Shown here: piece by piece, positions 59,701 to 64,000 of the stretch | Position numbering within the stretch: position 1 is the first letter of the stretch | How the letters are laid out: every line of letters starts with the position of its first letter | Assembly (NCBI GenBank): GCA_040954595.2 | Contig: CM082592.2 | Coordinates: 868,001 to 932,000 of the forward strand | DNA length: 64,000 nt | Source of the DNA: Balanoglossus misakiensis | Lineage: Eukaryota > Animalia > Hemichordata | Direction: 5' to 3' | Translations under genes and position numbers: made by a program | Notes under the pieces: generated by a model | What the model was told of the DNA's origin: nothing | Database searches by the model: none | Seen by the model: only the letters and a program-made list of their open reading frames with translations

Positions 59701-62700
59701 TTTAGCCAAGCCATGCCGTAGGAAATCTGACTTGATCAACGTTGCTAACGAACGCTAGTGTCTGTCATAGTGTGCCGGGGTTTTAGTCGAGCCAAGCCGT
59801 AGGAGATCAGACTTGATCAACGTGGTCTCTGCACGCGTGTTTCTGCTCTAGAGTGCCGGGGCTTTATCCAAGCCATGCCGTAGAAAATCTGACTTGATCA
59901 CCGTTGCTAACGTACGCTAGTGTCTGTCATATTGTGACGGAGATTTAGCCGAGCAAGGCCATAGAAAAATCGACTTGTTCAACGTTACCAGTGTGCAACT
60001 GTTTCTGCTCTAGAGTGTCAGGGTTTTAGCCGACTTATGCTGTAGGAAATCTGAGTTGATGAACGGGAATTCAATGTTAGAAAACCCTTGTGGAAAGTAT
60101 CTCTACCCGTTTGAAACTAAGAAAAGAATTTATTCTTATTTATTTAGTAAAAAAGACAATTTTTCGAAAAAAAGTCGAAAATGGTAATTTTGTCTTGGGT
60201 GATTCAAATTATACCGCCTTTTCTGGAATTTGCTGCACTTCTTACAAGAGAACGACACTTCATGCTCCATAATATTTCGGAAAATGAAGAAAAGAGTTAT
60301 GTTTTTATGATTTTTTAAAAATTTACCATTTTTGTCAAAATATGGCCAAAATGGCTATTTTTTCTTGAATTCCGTCAATATCTCTGCATTTTTGGAGTGG
60401 TCGAAAGTTTTAACATACAATCAACATGTCATTATGATCGGGGCACCAAATTCGAAGAACAAAGGTTTTTTTATTTTTTTTTCTAAAAATGACATTTTCA
60501 AGGAAAATTTGGTAAAACGCAATTTTGTTTGCAGTGAGCCAAATTAGACGGTCTTTTGTGGAATTTGTATCGATATATACATACGAAGAGCATTCTATAC
60601 TCCATCAGATTTCCGAAAATGTAGAAAACAGGGTATTTTTTGTAATTTTCAAAAATTTACCGTTTTGACCAAATTGTGGCTAAAATTGTTATTTTCGTGT
60701 TGAATGCCGCCAGTGTCACTGCTTTTAAAAGTCATAAAAACTTTTAACATACAAGCAATTGTTTATATATGATCAGGTCACCGAATTTATAAAATAAAGA
60801 ATGTTTTGCCTAAAAATGACCTTTTTGGTGCAAAAACGAATAAAACGCAATTTTGTATTAAATCAGAATGCATTTTTTATAATCAGCACCATTTTTACAT
60901 GTAATGGAAATTTCATACATCATCAGATATCCAAATATAAAAAAAATGATTTAGATTTTAGATGATTGTCCAAAATTAGCTGATATCTAATAAATGTAGT
61001 ATTGAACCGTTCTGCCCCCCCCCCCCCTACATTATATGCGGTACGCCGATGTCAGCTTACCCGGCAGTACTGCAGGCCGTGCCCCCAACTAACGTCGGTG
61101 TTTGAAACGCCCTGGTTAAATTCGAGCTTTCTCTATAAATTGACAGGCAATAATGCAGTCCTACCCGAACAAATGTCAAGTGTTAAACTGCTGTGACTTT
61201 CCCTCTTCGGTTTGCCCGACTTAGCCAACGTCTTTGTACTAGAGTGTCGGGTCTTTTGCAGAGCCAGGCCGAAGGAAATCCGACTTGATCACCGTTGCTA
61301 ACGAACGCTAGTGTCTATCATGGTGTGCCGGGGTTTTAGTCGAGCCAGGCCGTAGGAGATCTGACTTGATCATCGTGGTCAATGTACGCGTGTTTCCGCT
61401 CTAAAGTACCGGGGCTTCAGGTAAACCAGGCCGTAGGAAATCCGACGTAATCACCGTTGATAACTTACGCCAGTCTGTGTCATATAGAGCCGGTGCACCA
61501 GCCGAGTCACGCCGTAGGAAATCTGACTTGATCAACGTGGTCAATGTACGCCTGTTTCTGCTCTAGAGTGCCGGGGCTTCAGCTGAGCCAGGCAGTAGGA
61601 AACCCGACGTGATTACCGTTGTTAACTTACGCCAGTCTGTGTCATATATATAGTGCCGGGGCATCAGCCGTGCCAGGCCGAAGGAAATGTGAGTAGATCA
61701 ACGTGGTCTCTGTACGCGTGTTTCTGCTCTAGAGTGCCAGGGCTTTAGCCAAGCCATGCCGTAGGAAATCTGACTTGATCAACGTTGCTAACGAACGCTA
61801 GTGTCTGTCATAGTGTGCCGGGGTTTTAGTCGAGCCAAGCCGTAGGAGATCAGACTTGATCAACGTGGTCTCTGCACGCGTGTTTCTGCTCTAGAGTGCC
61901 GGGGCTTTATCCAAGCCATGACGTAGAAAATCTGACTTGATCACCGTTGCTAACGTACGCTAGTGTCTGTCATATTGTGACGGAGATTTAGCCGAGCAAG
62001 GCCATAGAAAAATCGACTTGTTCAACGTTACCAGTGTGCAACTGTTTCTGCTCTAGAGTGTCAGGGTTTTAGCCGACTTATGCTGTAGGAAATCTGAGTT
62101 GATGAACGGGAATTCAATGTTAGAAAACCCTTGTGGAAAGTATCTCTACCCGTTTGAAACTAAGAAAAGAATTTATTCTTATTTATTTAGTAAAAAAGAC
62201 ATTTTTTCGAAAAAAAGTCGAAAATGGTAATTTTGTCTTGGGTGATTCAAATTATACCGCCTTTTCTGGAATTTGCTGCACTTCTTACAAGAGAACGACA
62301 CTTCATGCTCCATAATATTTCGGAAAATGAAGAAAAGAGTTATGTTTTTATGATTTTTTAAAAATTTACCATTTTTGTCAAAATATGGCCAAAATGGCTA
62401 TTTTTTCTTGAATTCCGTCAATATCTCTGCATTTTTGGAGTGGTCGAAAGTTTTAACATACAATCAACATGTCATTATGATCGGGGCACCAAATTCGAAG
62501 AACAAAGGTTTTTTTATTTTTTTTTCTAAAAATGACATTTTCAAGGAAAATTTGGTAAAACGCAATTTTGTTTGCAGTGAGCCAAATTAGACGGTCTTTT
62601 GTGGAATTTGTATCGATATATACATACGAAGAGCATTCTATACTCCATCAGATTTCCGAAAATGTAGAAAACAGGTATTTTTTGTAATTTTCAAAAATTT

Positions 62701-64000
62701 ACCGTTTTGACCAAATTGTGGCTAAAATTGTTATTTTCGTGTTGAATGCCGCCAGTGTCACTGCTTTTAAAAGTCATAAAAACTTTTAACATACAAGCAA
62801 TTGTTTATATATGATCAGGTCACCGAATTTATAAAATAAAGAATGTTTTGCCTAAAAATGACCTTTTTGGTGCAAAAACGAATAAAACGCAATTTTGTAT
62901 TAAATCAGCTCATTCAGAGTGCATTTTTTATAATCAGCACCACGTTTACATATAATGGAAATTTCATACATCATCAGATATCCAAATATGAAAAAATGAT
63001 TTAGATTTTAGATGATTGTCCAAAATTAGCTGATATCTAACAAATGTAGTATTGAACCGTTCTGTTCCCCCCCCCCCCCCTTACATTATATGCGGTAGGC
63101 CGATGTCAGCTTACCCGGCAGTACTGAAGGCCGTGCCCCCAACAAACGTCGGTGTTTGAAACGCCCTGGTTAAATTCGGGCTCTCTCTTTAAATTGACAG
63201 GCAATAATGCAGTCCTACCGGAACAAATGTCAAGTGTTGAACCGCTGTGACTTTCCCTGTTCGGTTTGCCCGACTTAGCCAACGTCTTTGTACTAGAGTG
63301 TCGGGTCTTTTGCAGAGCCAGGCCGAAGGAAATCCGACTTGATCACCGTTGCTAACGAACGCTAGTGTCTGTCATGGTGTGCCGGGGTTTTAGTCTAGCC
63401 AGGCCGTAGGAGATCTGACTTGATCATCGTGGTCAATGTACGCGTGTTTCCGCTCTAAAGTGCCGGGGCTTCAGCTAAACCAGGCCGTAGGAAATCCGAC
63501 GTAATCACCGTTGATAACTTACGCCAGTCTGTGTCATATAGAGCCGGTGCACCAGCCGAGTCACGCCGTAGGAAATCTGACTTGATCAACGTGGTCAATG
63601 TACGCCTGTTTCTGCTCTAGAGTGCCGGGGCTTCAGCTGAGCCAGGCCGTAGGAAACCCGACGTGATTACCGTTGTTAACTTACGCCAGTCTGTGTCCTA
63701 TATATAGTGCCGGGGCATCAGCCGTGCCAGGCCGAAGGAAATGTGAGTAGATCAACGTGGTCTCTGTACGCGTGTTTCTGCTCTAGAGTGCCAGGGCTTT
63801 AGCCAAGCTATGCCGTAGGAAATCTGACTTGATCAACGTTGCTAACGAACGCTAGTGTCTGTCATAGTGTGCCGGGGTTTTAGTCGAGCCAAGCCGTAGG
63901 AGATCAGACTTGATCAACGTGGTCTCTGTACGCGTGTTTCTGCTCTAGAGTGCCGGGGCTTTATCTAAGCCATGCCGTAGAAAATCTGACTTGATCACCG
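56724..64000. repeat. Composite satellite array, segment 4 (continues beyond the window)
   Basis: Landmarks at ~58953, 60996 and 63045 (periods ~2043 and ~2049). Confidence 0.97.

Overview
Eukaryotic, probably invertebrate animal, heterochromatin. The backbone is a tandem array of a composite ~2.05-kb satellite. Each monomer has ~11 GC-rich 81-bp subunits, ~2.7 AT-rich ~330-bp subunits and a ~250-bp unique segment with a poly-C tract. Three large insertions interrupt the array, each with a clean target-site duplication (TSD). (1) A minus-strand Ty3/Gypsy LTR retrotransposon (9628-19465, 1384-bp LTRs, TSD TAAG) whose PBS/leader is replaced by a copy of the opposite flank. (2) A 22.4-kb IS3EU-type DNA transposon (22897-45311, 249-bp TIRs, 6-bp TSD GTCTGT). 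It carries a 12-exon DDE transposase not recovered intact by the ORF track, a convergent multi-exon gene ending in a UBX-like domain, an intronless BTB-BACK-PHR cargo gene, a triplicated 5'-exon block, a nested L2-type LINE and several MITE/Helentron-like passengers. (3) A full-length Tx1-type LINE (51701-56723, 13-bp TSD). The best candidate for a new system is the giant IS3EU element, which appears to carry two ubiquitin-pathway adaptors (a CUL3-type BTB protein and a possible p97-binding UBX protein). All family and domain calls come from manual motif reading; no searches were run.
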